Below are positions 27,585-36,382 of a DNA stretch of 64,000 nucleotides, in pieces. How positions within the stretch are numbered: the first letter of the stretch is position 1; each line of letters starts with the position of its first letter. The translations under genes and the position numbers were made by a program. Source of the DNA: an uncultured Roseburia sp. (GTDB taxonomy: Bacteria; Bacillota; Clostridia; Lachnospirales; Lachnospiraceae); the NCBI GenBank assembly GCA_947070915.1, contig CAMTDY010000001.1:1407-65406 (forward strand), in the 5' to 3' direction. The notes below the pieces were generated by a model. The model was not told the origin of the DNA. It saw only the letters and a program-made list of their open reading frames with translations, and did no database searches.

Positions 27585-30569
27585 ATGAGGAAAAAAAGTT
27601 TACGTAATGTTTTTACAAAAGCCATGGCAATTGCGCTGAGCGCAATATTGTTACTGCAGCCGGTGGTTTCTGCCCGGGCGGAATCGCAGGATACGAACAT
27701 GACGCAGACAGGAAATCTGGAAACTTATGATTCGATTGACGGACTTTCTGGCGAAATATTGTATGACACAGATGGAAACAGGGTCTATACCTGCGGAGGC
27801 GAGGTGCAACAAGTCGTAGAGAACGGTGAGACAAAATACTACTGGTATGGAGTAGACGACCTGAATGTTGGTTCCGGCTGGCAAAATAATAATCCAGGCA
27901 TTCATCTGTACAGTTCTTCGGATCTGTACAACTGGAACTATGAAGGTGTCATGTATAATGAAGCGGATGAAATTTATGCACATCCGAAAATGCTATACAA
28001 TGGAGACGAATATGTAATGTGGGTCCCAACCGATAAGAGAGGCGACAATGGAATGATATTATCCAGCTCGGTGAAAGTTGTTTCCAGTAAAAGCATTACA
28101 GGGCCTTTTACACTTGTAGAAGAAAAACAGCTGGGTGGATTTATTAATCTATACGAAGAGGCGCCAGGTACTGCGTATCTGATCCAGCAGGGTAATCCAT
28201 CTGACGCGACTGCTATTTCCAGTATCTGCAAAACGAAACTGTCATCGGATTATAAGACGACGGTAGGCGAAACACAGCCATTGAAATTTTCAGGCAGTTC
28301 GATCATGAACACGGAAGGCGGAATATTTAAACAGAACGGAAAATATTATATCGTTAATGCAGGCATGAAAGAGTATGCGTCAGCAGATTCGCTGGATGGC
28401 ACATGGACACGGCATGACCTGAAGATGTGGGATGGCTCGGTTAAAAAGGATATCTCATCCCATAACCAGACCAGCAATATTTTCCGGGTCAGGACAGGAG
28501 GTTCAGACTTATGGGTCTGTGTGGGCGACAGCGTGAGCGGTCCTGAATTGGAGAACGAGCCCAGATATGTCTGGCTTCCGATCAAGTTTTTTGATGACGG
28601 GACGATCGCTCTCTGGGAGCTGAGCAATTGGAAGATCGGGGATGTCGAAGGGGTGCAGCCGGAAGAACCGGGCGAACCGGGAAGTTATGATAACATACCA
28701 GGTCTTTCGGGCAGAGTGTTATATGATACGGATGGAAGAAAGATATATGCCTGTGGAGGCGAGGTTCACGAGATTGTAGAAAACGGACAGAAAAAGTGGT
28801 ACTGGTTCGGTGTGGATGACTTGAATCGTGAAACAATGAATGAACATCCGGGTGTTCATCTTTATAGTTCGTCGGATTTATATAACTGGGATTATGAAGG
28901 AGTTATGCTGAACGAGGATGGGGTTACATATGCGCATCCTAAAATTCTTTACAACGGAGAAGAATATGTGATGTGGGTATCTTATATGCCGTCGTCATCA
29001 GAGGGAGGCATGCCGCCTACTATGAGCGGAGGCATAAAGATCGCAACCAGTAAGAGCATAAAGGGACCGTTTACTGAGGTGCCGGATTCCGGTGTTGGGA
29101 ATGAGAATGGATTTATTAATCTGTATGAGGAGAGCAAAGGGAATGGGTGGCTGATTTATACTGATTACAATGCTGCCAGTGGGAGCCGTATCTTCAGGGC
29201 GAAATTGAAGGAAGATTATACGGGGATTGAGGGAGAACCCCAGGCCTTCCAGTTCAGTTCAGGTGAGCTGACCAACGCGGAAGGTGGAATCTTTGAACGA
29301 AATGGAAAATATTATATGGTCAATTCGGGTATGAAAGAATATGCGGTGGCGGATTCCTTTGATGGGGTATGGACAAAGAATACACTGACGATGTGGGACG
29401 GCACAAATCACAAGGATATCCCTCTGCCGAATCAGACGAGTCATGTGTTCCATGTGAAAACAGAGGAAGCAGATACCTATGTCTGTATGGGGGACAGTGT
29501 CGGTGGAGTATCAACACCATCTGATCCGGTCTGCTATATCTGGCTGCCAATCGAGTTTTTTGAAGATGGAAGTATTGCACTGAAAGAAGAGAACGACTGG
29601 AAGATTGCCGGAATGGAGCCGCAGAAGCCGGAGGCGACGCAGAAACCAGAGGTGACAAAGGCTCCAGAAGAAACAATGGCTCCGGAACCGACATCGAAAC
29701 CGGAAGCAACAAAGACTCCAGAGCAGACCTCGAAGCCAGAAGCGACCAAAACCCCAGAGCAGACAGCAAAGCCGGAAGCGACCAAAACCCCGGAGCAGAC
29801 AGCAAAGCCGGAAGTGACCAAAACCCCGGAGCAGACAGCAAAGCCGGAAGCGACCAAAGTTCCGGAACCGACCTCGAAGCCAGAAGCAACCAAAGCTCCA
29901 GAACCGACCTCGAAACCAGAGGCAACCAAAGCTCCGGAGCAGACCTCGAAACCGGAGGCTACAAAAACTCCAGAGCAGACGATGAAACCGGAAGCAACCA
30001 AAGCTCCGGAACCAACAAAAATTCCGGAAACAACGAATAAGCCGGCTGAGACAGGAAAACCGGAAGAAACAAAGAGACCGATAGAGGTTAAAAGTGTTCT
30101 GGTTGCTGCGAATAAACTGACAATAGGTCTCGGTGAGAAGGTTCAGTTAGAGGCAGCTGTCTATCCAAGAAATGCATCTGACAGGAAACTTACCTATAAA
30201 GCCTCTAATAGTAATGTGTCCGTGAGCAAGAATGGAAAAATTACAGGCAAAAAACGAGGAACCTGTAAGATCACAGTCAGTGCTTCCAATGGAAAAAAGG
30301 CGGTTGTAAAAGTATCCGTGAAAAAGAAACCGAAGAAGATTACACTGAATGCCCGGAATAAGACGCTGAAGGTTGGAAAGAAATTTAAAATAAAAGCAAG
30401 GCTGCCAAAAGGCACAGCGAGCCAGACGCTCACTTACGTATCGAATAAGCGGGCCATAGCAGACGTCTCTCCAGATGGTAAGGTGACAGCGAAAAAGAGA
30501 GGATCTGCGGTGATTACAGTAAAGACCTATAACGGCAAAAAGGCATCGCTTAAGATCCAAGTAAAATAA
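27585..30569 (+). CDS. Secreted multidomain protein: two tandem GH43-like beta-propeller domains, a Pro/Thr/Glu/Lys linker and two Big_2 Ig-like domains
   Basis: Has a Sec signal peptide (...VVSARA/ES). Two ~310-aa paralogous halves show YYWYGVDD, HLYSSSDLYNW.YEGVM, EGGIF..NGKYY.VN.GMKEYA and Y[VI]WLPI.FF.DG[TS]IAL. The C-terminus has two Big_2-like repeats (KITGKKRGTCKITV and KVTAKKRGSAVITV). Confidence 0.65.
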   Translation: MRKKSLRNVFTKAMAIALSAILLLQPVVSARAESQDTNMTQTGNLETYDSIDGLSGEILYDTDGNRVYTCGGEVQQVVENGETKYYWYGVDDLNVGSGWQNNNPGIHLYSSSDLYNWNYEGVMYNEADEIYAHPKMLYNGDEYVMWVPTDKRGDNGMILSSSVKVVSSKSITGPFTLVEEKQLGGFINLYEEAPGTAYLIQQGNPSDATAISSICKTKLSSDYKTTVGETQPLKFSGSSIMNTEGGIFKQNGKYYIVNAGMKEYASADSLDGTWTRHDLKMWDGSVKKDISSHNQTSNIFRVRTGGSDLWVCVGDSVSGPELENEPRYVWLPIKFFDDGTIALWELSNWKIGDVEGVQPEEPGEPGSYDNIPGLSGRVLYDTDGRKIYACGGEVHEIVENGQKKWYWFGVDDLNRETMNEHPGVHLYSSSDLYNWDYEGVMLNEDGVTYAHPKILYNGEEYVMWVSYMPSSSEGGMPPTMSGGIKIATSKSIKGPFTEVPDSGVGNENGFINLYEESKGNGWLIYTDYNAASGSRIFRAKLKEDYTGIEGEPQAFQFSSGELTNAEGGIFERNGKYYMVNSGMKEYAVADSFDGVWTKNTLTMWDGTNHKDIPLPNQTSHVFHVKTEEADTYVCMGDSVGGVSTPSDPVCYIWLPIEFFEDGSIALKEENDWKIAGMEPQKPEATQKPEVTKAPEETMAPEPTSKPEATKTPEQTSKPEATKTPEQTAKPEATKTPEQTAKPEVTKTPEQTAKPEATKVPEPTSKPEATKAPEPTSKPEATKAPEQTSKPEATKTPEQTMKPEATKAPEPTKIPETTNKPAETGKPEETKRPIEVKSVLVAANKLTIGLGEKVQLEAAVYPRNASDRKLTYKASNSNVSVSKNGKITGKKRGTCKITVSASNGKKAVVKVSVKKKPKKITLNARNKTLKVGKKFKIKARLPKGTASQTLTYVSNKRAIADVSPDGKVTAKKRGSAVITVKTYNGKKASLKIQVK
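29697..30020 (+). repeat. Nine tandem 36-bp in-frame repeats encoding KPEATK[TA]PE[QP]T[SA]
   Basis: The units can be read directly and are nearly identical at DNA level. Degenerate copies flank them (about 29622..30080). Confidence 0.95.
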
Positions 30570-30587
30570 AAACAGAATAGTAATAGT

Positions 30588-30705
30588 AAACACCGCTGAT
30601 TCGTGGTACAATGAACGCATAAGCACGAACGCAGACTTTTAGGGGATGCGATGCCTGCACAACGTAAATGAAGTTCTGGCCAACTTAGTATCAGCGGTGT
30701 TTTTT
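30588..30705 (+). terminator. Long-range 13-bp stem (AAACACCGCTGAT/ATCAGCGGTGTTT) closing an 89-nt structured loop, followed by a U-tract
   Basis: The arms at 30588-30600 and 30690-30702 are perfect, with T-run 30700-30705. Inner helices are TTCGTG/CACGAA and AAGTT/AACTT. It lies between the GH43-like gene and the lipoprotein array. Confidence 0.5.
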
Positions 30706-30734
30706 GTGCGCTATTTTGAAAGAAGGGAACAGAG

Positions 30735-32063
30735 ATGAACAAAGGGAACGTAGCAGCTGTGGCGGTGGGAGTGATGTTATTTCTTTTCACCTGTACAGAG
30801 AATGCGCCTTCTTTAAATACTCAACAGCAGTCCGGTCCGGCACATAGGATGGAGAATGCCCCTGTAACAACAGAGAGTGCCGTAAAGGGGCATCCGTCGG
30901 TGACAGCCAGACCGCTGAAAGCAGAAGAGGCAGAAAATTACCGCTACAGCAGCGGAAATTGTATTTACCTGAAAGATGGCAGGGGAAATTCCGTGAATCA
31001 GTATTCATTAAATGGCAATCTGCTAAAACGGTATGAAATAGCTGGTTCGGAGGAAATAGTGGAGGTGTGCTGGGCAGACCGCAGCTGTCTGATCTATCAT
31101 ATTGATAACCAAAGGGGAGAAGATACATTGTGGTTTGTTCCCATCGGCCAGGAAGACGAGAAGGAAATCCTGCGTCTGGAGGAGAAGAAAAAGATCCGGG
31201 CAGATATTTATGGCGCCTGCTGTATTCTCCGCAGACGGGGGGATGAACTGATCTATCTGGCGGGTAACAGGATATATAAAAGAAATATAAAGACGGGCAG
31301 GGAGATCTTCCTAAAGAAAGGATTCCAGTATGAGGATGATCTGGAAATAGACCGGGATTTTAATCTGAATCCGGTGTATAACGAGGGCAGGGTGCTTTTT
31401 ACCACCTGGGATGCCAAGTATCTGCTGGATTTAGATACCTGGAAGACGGAAAAAATCTGGGAGCAGGAAAACGGTTCTCCGGACCAGTCAGCGAATGTGC
31501 TATCTACATGGAATGAGGACAGCATTTATTTCCAGGTGGAAGATAAACAGGTGGATGTATACCAGTATCAGTTGTCCACGAAAAAGCGGAAGAGATACAT
31601 ATCTGGTGATCAGATCCGAAAAAAGATTGAGAACATGGATCTGTTTCCGGGGCGGCAGGTTCATTATGAGGATATAAAAGTATTCAAGACTTTTGCATAC
31701 AGCGGACGTCTGTATATAGACGTATTTTTGAAGTGGAAGGAAAAGGGAACAAGGGAATCTAAGGCAAACCTTCTATTTAGCGGTTCTCTGGAAGATTCAA
31801 CGGATTTCCGGTACGAACCGGAGATCTCTCAGTTTATGCTGAAACATACCAGTTATGACGGTGAAGGCCGGTATGGATCATTTTCTGGTTTTGCAGAAGG
31901 ATATCTTGCCATATTTTCCTATAAAGATGCTCCCAGCTATAACCTGATAGGGGATACAGGTTTTGTCTGCTATGATATGGCGGCTAAGGAGTTATCCTGT
32001 CTGCCGGACCGCAAGATCCTGTACCTTGTCTGCGCTGCCGGTCTTCCGGTGCTGAAGGACTGA
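30735..32063 (+). CDS. Hypothetical exported protein (possible lipoprotein), distant paralog of the next two genes
   Basis: Signal peptide with a weak lipobox LFTC. It shares the landmarks LWFVPIG and GRLYIDVF and has repeated Y/W-rich blade-like segments. No enzymatic motif was recognised. Confidence 0.5.
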   Translation: MNKGNVAAVAVGVMLFLFTCTENAPSLNTQQQSGPAHRMENAPVTTESAVKGHPSVTARPLKAEEAENYRYSSGNCIYLKDGRGNSVNQYSLNGNLLKRYEIAGSEEIVEVCWADRSCLIYHIDNQRGEDTLWFVPIGQEDEKEILRLEEKKKIRADIYGACCILRRRGDELIYLAGNRIYKRNIKTGREIFLKKGFQYEDDLEIDRDFNLNPVYNEGRVLFTTWDAKYLLDLDTWKTEKIWEQENGSPDQSANVLSTWNEDSIYFQVEDKQVDVYQYQLSTKKRKRYISGDQIRKKIENMDLFPGRQVHYEDIKVFKTFAYSGRLYIDVFLKWKEKGTRESKANLLFSGSLEDSTDFRYEPEISQFMLKHTSYDGEGRYGSFSGFAEGYLAIFSYKDAPSYNLIGDTGFVCYDMAAKELSCLPDRKILYLVCAAGLPVLKD

Positions 32064-32131
32064 AGCGGAAAAAAGGGATTCAGATATGCGTGATTGGTGC
32101 CGTCAAGCTACAAGAAGGAGGGGAATTTGAG

Positions 32132-33451
32132 ATGAAAAACAAAAGTAGACTGCATAGGGTGAGTGTGGCGGCTTCACTGGCTGCCATTTGTATCGGTGTA
32201 ACTGCCTGTGGGGGAGAGGTTGTGGGAAAAAATAGTAATTCTATAGAAGTAGTATCCGGAGCGTCGGTATCTGGTTCCGGGATTTCCCAAAAGAAAGATA
32301 AGTCCTCAGAATCCATGAACGACACGAAACGGCTCATTGCTGCGATCTACCCTCACACGAATTCCCGTTTTTTGTACAGGGAAAAGGGGGGAAAGATAGA
32401 ACAACGGGATCTGGAAGGAAAGGTCATTCAGTCTTTCTCCGTTCCCGGACTGGACACCGGGGGTACATATGATGAGGATGAAGCGGGTTTTGAAATTGAG
32501 TGGGTGAGTGACAGGGAGATCTTATATAACCTGTACAGGGAAAGGGAATCAGAAGATTCTGTGCCAGAATTATGGTGTGTGCCATTAAAGGATACAAAGG
32601 AGGGCGAAGTCCTGGATATGGCAGGGGCGGAAAAGCTTTTTGAAGATAGTGCCTATGATATATGTGTAGAATATGCAGATTCACAATGTATTTTATATAG
32701 TACGCTGGAACCGTCATACTGCAAAGAATACGACAGACGGAAAAAGAAAAAGGTTCCCCTGGATTCCTCTCGTCCCAAAGCAAGATGGTACCCGCGCAGC
32801 GTGAACGGAGATGTCAGCAAATTTATAGTGCATTCTTTTGAAAAAAGCAAAGAGGAGTATCCGACGGGGGTCTATGTGCACGAGGCGGGGAGCGGAAAAG
32901 TAGAGAAGATCAATGAGTGCTATGGGTCCAAATGGTCACAGCTCCATGGGACAGTTTCAGATAAAAGATTCCTGTATACAGAACTCCTTCAGGAACCGCA
33001 GGTCATTGGAAAGGTTAGCTATGATATCTGGTGTTATGATGGGGAGACGGGTAAAAACCAGATCCTTCTCCCTGAAAAAGAATGGAGAGAGTTAGCCGGC
33101 GACATGGAATTTCAGGAGCTGTGGGCAGATGGAGACCGGTTATACATTGAGGTTTTTGAGGAGAAAAAAGATGGTGATCATACCGCTGTGTTTAGTTGTT
33201 CCCTGTCAGATGGAAAGGGGCTTCGGTGGGAAGAAGAACTGAACCGGTATCTGCACTCATATGATGATGTGTATATGATAGGGATTGAGGCGGGGAGATG
33301 TTTTTATGAGGCAGGTGATTATGATGGGGATGGTGTGGCAGTTATAGAGGACAGATATTGTTACCGTTTTTCTTCCGGGGAGAACAAGAAAATAGAAAAA
33401 AGTGATGCGGAGAACTGGCTCTGGCACTGGTACTGCCAGGATGAAGAGTAG
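32132..33451 (+). CDS. Hypothetical lipoprotein, beta-propeller-like (paralog A)
   Basis: Lipobox VTAC followed by GGEVVG and a Ser/Gly linker. Landmarks are IYPHTNSRFLY, ELWCVPL, RLYIEVF and GRCFYE. ATG at 32132 follows AAGGAGGGG. Confidence 0.6.
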   Translation: MKNKSRLHRVSVAASLAAICIGVTACGGEVVGKNSNSIEVVSGASVSGSGISQKKDKSSESMNDTKRLIAAIYPHTNSRFLYREKGGKIEQRDLEGKVIQSFSVPGLDTGGTYDEDEAGFEIEWVSDREILYNLYRERESEDSVPELWCVPLKDTKEGEVLDMAGAEKLFEDSAYDICVEYADSQCILYSTLEPSYCKEYDRRKKKKVPLDSSRPKARWYPRSVNGDVSKFIVHSFEKSKEEYPTGVYVHEAGSGKVEKINECYGSKWSQLHGTVSDKRFLYTELLQEPQVIGKVSYDIWCYDGETGKNQILLPEKEWRELAGDMEFQELWADGDRLYIEVFEEKKDGDHTAVFSCSLSDGKGLRWEEELNRYLHSYDDVYMIGIEAGRCFYEAGDYDGDGVAVIEDRYCYRFSSGENKKIEKSDAENWLWHWYCQDEE

Positions 33452-33497
33452 CTGTTTGTGCTGGGAAAAATATGGGTATTGAAAAGAGGAATCAGGG

Positions 33498-34796
33498 ATG
33501 AAAAACAAAAACAGACTGTATAGGGGGATCGTGGCGGTCACGCTGTTTGCGGTCAGTCTTATTCTCACCGCCTGCGGCGGGGAATTTGCGGGAAGAGATG
33601 GTAGCCCTGCGGAAGTAGTATCTCAGGGGGCGGTATCCGGGGAAGCGGTGTCCGGCGCTGCAGTAGAGGAAGAGAAGGAAACAAACGGGAACCAGAAATG
33701 GAATGAGATACAGCAGATGGTTGCAGACATCTATCCATATCACAATTCCAGGTGTGTGTACATCCAGGGAGATGATAATAAGCTGGAGCAGAGGACGCTG
33801 GAGGGAAAAATGATTCAGGCATTTTCAGTGCCGGGGCTGGAAAAAGAAGACGAAGGCTGGGGGATCGTGGCGGTCACGGATGATGAGATCCTGTATACCG
33901 TGGATGGTTCCGATGATGATCCTAAAAATTTTTCGGAATTATGGAGCGTGCCCCTGGAGGAGACGGATGGAGAGGAAAGCCTGGCTCCGGAAAGGGCCCA
34001 GAAAATACTGGAAGGTAAGAATGTCGATGTCATCTACGCAGATTCGGACTACATCGCCATTCAATCGGATGCTTCAGGGTATTTTGACTATGACCGGGAG
34101 AAGAAGGAAAAGATTGCTGTGGATATGGCTGACAGCGGACAGGTCTATGATACGGCGGATGAATATGTCGTGAAGCAGGGAATGGGAACTTCAGATACCA
34201 TCTTATTGTCAAAGAGATTGGAGAGATATGAACTTTGTGACCTGTATGTCCATAAAGTGGGATCGGGAAAGGTAAAAAAGATTCATGATGTGCAGAATGA
34301 GGACGAGGACGAATTGTACGAATTAACCAATGATTACGTCTATTTTGACAACTGGATCTTTTACTGCCTCGGTAAAGAGGTATGGTGCTATGATGTGAAG
34401 CAGGAGGAAAAACAGCGGCTGCTGACAGAAGATATGCTGTCTTCTCTCTGGCAGGAAGATCCGGAAGGATATATTGAAAATATTTATGTGGATTCCAAAA
34501 AATTATATATTGAAGCACATACTCTGGATGGTAGAAAGGTATTTTCCTGTCCCTGGAGGCCGGGAGAAAAGAGGGAATGTAAATGGGAGAAAGGCTTGGA
34601 CTCGTGCATGAAAAGGTTTCCAGAAGATGCGGCTGTGACCATCGAGACGATCCAGTCGGGGCGCTGTTTTTACACCGTAGAGACGGATATGGATGATGGG
34701 AAACCATACTGTTATGATCTGGAACGGGGGACGAATCAGAAAGTCAGTAAGGATGATCCGGAATACTGCGCCTGGTGGTTTTGGGAAAATGGTTAA
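33498..34796 (+). CDS. Hypothetical lipoprotein, beta-propeller-like (paralog B)
   Basis: Lipobox LTAC followed by GGEFAGR. Landmarks are IYPYHNSRCVY, ELWSVPL, KLYIEAH and GRCFYTVE. It is collinear with paralog A. Confidence 0.6.
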   Translation: MKNKNRLYRGIVAVTLFAVSLILTACGGEFAGRDGSPAEVVSQGAVSGEAVSGAAVEEEKETNGNQKWNEIQQMVADIYPYHNSRCVYIQGDDNKLEQRTLEGKMIQAFSVPGLEKEDEGWGIVAVTDDEILYTVDGSDDDPKNFSELWSVPLEETDGEESLAPERAQKILEGKNVDVIYADSDYIAIQSDASGYFDYDREKKEKIAVDMADSGQVYDTADEYVVKQGMGTSDTILLSKRLERYELCDLYVHKVGSGKVKKIHDVQNEDEDELYELTNDYVYFDNWIFYCLGKEVWCYDVKQEEKQRLLTEDMLSSLWQEDPEGYIENIYVDSKKLYIEAHTLDGRKVFSCPWRPGEKRECKWEKGLDSCMKRFPEDAAVTIETIQSGRCFYTVETDMDDGKPYCYDLERGTNQKVSKDDPEYCAWWFWENG

Positions 34797-34813
34797 GGAG
34801 AGGTGGAGCAAGG

Positions 34814-36304
34814 ATGATGAAAAAAAGGATAGGTTTAATATTCAGTGTACTGGTGCTGGGCGGTGCCTGTGCCGGCCTGACTGCCTGCGGCGGGGAATTT
34901 GTGGGAAGGAATGATGATTCTACAGGAGTAGTTTCAAAGGGGGCGGTATCCGGGGAAGCGGTGTCTCCTCAGGCGGTGTCCGGCTCAGGCGTGTCCGGGG
35001 ATAGGAAGCGGTCAAAGATGTATGCAAAGACTCCGGAGAATCTTACGGTGTCTTTTAAGATCATGGAGAAGACGGAACAGGGGTATCGTGCCAGGGTAAA
35101 GATCAGTCCAGAAGAGGACGGCTTATGGGACTGGGAACTTTATCTGGAGCTGGAGGACGAGATCACGGAGATTACCGGGGCAGAGATTGTGTCCCATGAG
35201 GGAAACCGTTATATCATCAGGGGGACGGAAGGGAACCGGGATATTAAAATATACGAAGATGGTTACTTTGACGTGTCAGTATCCTGCCAGGATCAGATTC
35301 ATGAACCAGAAGTATGTTATCTTACCCGGCAGGAAGATTATATGGGGAAACAGGATTATGAATGCAAGACTACAAACGTAGAGAGAACAGGGGATTCTGT
35401 AAAGGGAAGGCTGGTACTGGCAAATCTTTCAGAGAAAAAAGCTGGGAAATGGCTGCTTCATCTGGAGACATATGGTATGAAGATCAACTCTCTGGAGGGG
35501 GCGCGTATCGTCTGGGAGGAAGAAGACGAGGAGGGATCAGAACATTATTATGATATCTGTGGAGAGGACAGCAGGCAGGATCTGGGCGCCGGGGAAAGGA
35601 TGGAGATCGCGTTTACTGCGGAGGCACAAAAGGAGAAGGCAGGGGTTGGTAAGGAATTCGAGATATTCAAACAGGTGGATACGGAAATTGACTGGGGTTA
35701 TTACGAGATGGAGTATGGAGCCAGATATGGAAAGATGGATCGATATCTGGTGGGGGATTCTGTCAAAGGTGTGGATCTGTTTTTTGTCTTTGAGGAAAAG
35801 AATAAGGACAGCTATCGTGCCACGGCAGAATTGACGAATGTGATGCAAGATTCCATCGCTGATTGGGAGATCTGTCTGGAGTGCGAAGATGAGATCGAAG
35901 AAATATCCGGGGCAGAGATTGTCTCCCATGAGGGAAAAGAGTACTGGATCCGGGCAAAGGACCGGAAAAAATGGATCCCTTCCTATGGTATGGTGACTTT
36001 TCAGGTAAAAGTATCCTGTACAGAGAAGATTCATCCTTTAGGGAAAGTCTATCTGGTAAAAGCGCGGTTTCAAGGCGGGGAGGCGAAGACAGAAGATGGC
36101 AGGAAAGAGATCCGGATCCGGGCAAAGGATCTGAAAGAAGCGGCGGGGCCCTGCTGGCTTCCTTATGATATCTTATACGAAAAAGACCAGTCGGCCACAA
36201 ATAAGTACTGGGAAAGAACCTATGACCTGGATGATTTTGAGACCTATGAGGAATATAAAGCTTATGTAGACCGGAATGAGTGGGGAAAGAAAATGGGCAG
36301 ATAA
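34814..36304 (+). CDS. Hypothetical lipoprotein with three beta-sandwich (CBM-like) repeats
   Basis: Lipobox LTAC followed by GGEFVGR. Three ~95-aa modules show YRA..(V/A).(I/L), DWE(L/I), I(T/S)GAEIVSHEG..Y.IR and V.VSC. ATG at 34814. Confidence 0.55.
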   Translation: MMKKRIGLIFSVLVLGGACAGLTACGGEFVGRNDDSTGVVSKGAVSGEAVSPQAVSGSGVSGDRKRSKMYAKTPENLTVSFKIMEKTEQGYRARVKISPEEDGLWDWELYLELEDEITEITGAEIVSHEGNRYIIRGTEGNRDIKIYEDGYFDVSVSCQDQIHEPEVCYLTRQEDYMGKQDYECKTTNVERTGDSVKGRLVLANLSEKKAGKWLLHLETYGMKINSLEGARIVWEEEDEEGSEHYYDICGEDSRQDLGAGERMEIAFTAEAQKEKAGVGKEFEIFKQVDTEIDWGYYEMEYGARYGKMDRYLVGDSVKGVDLFFVFEEKNKDSYRATAELTNVMQDSIADWEICLECEDEIEEISGAEIVSHEGKEYWIRAKDRKKWIPSYGMVTFQVKVSCTEKIHPLGKVYLVKARFQGGEAKTEDGRKEIRIRAKDLKEAAGPCWLPYDILYEKDQSATNKYWERTYDLDDFETYEEYKAYVDRNEWGKKMGR

Positions 36305-36382
36305 ACAAAAGATACAGCTTGTCATAAAACCTTCCTTTTTTGCATATACTTACCATAGTATGTATGAAATGGAGGGTTTTTT

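Noticed and set aside
29320-30001. Two minus-strand ORFs (201 and 155 aa) across the Pro/Thr linker
   Set aside because: They are antisense reading of the 36-bp tandem repeats and give repetitive SGF/LLAS peptides, so they are artefacts of repeat periodicity.
29697-30020. Possible CRISPR array (regular short repeats)
   Set aside because: The units are contiguous 36-bp in-frame coding repeats with no unique spacers, and they lie inside a long ORF. The same reasoning applies to the 42-bp repeats at 3498-3707.
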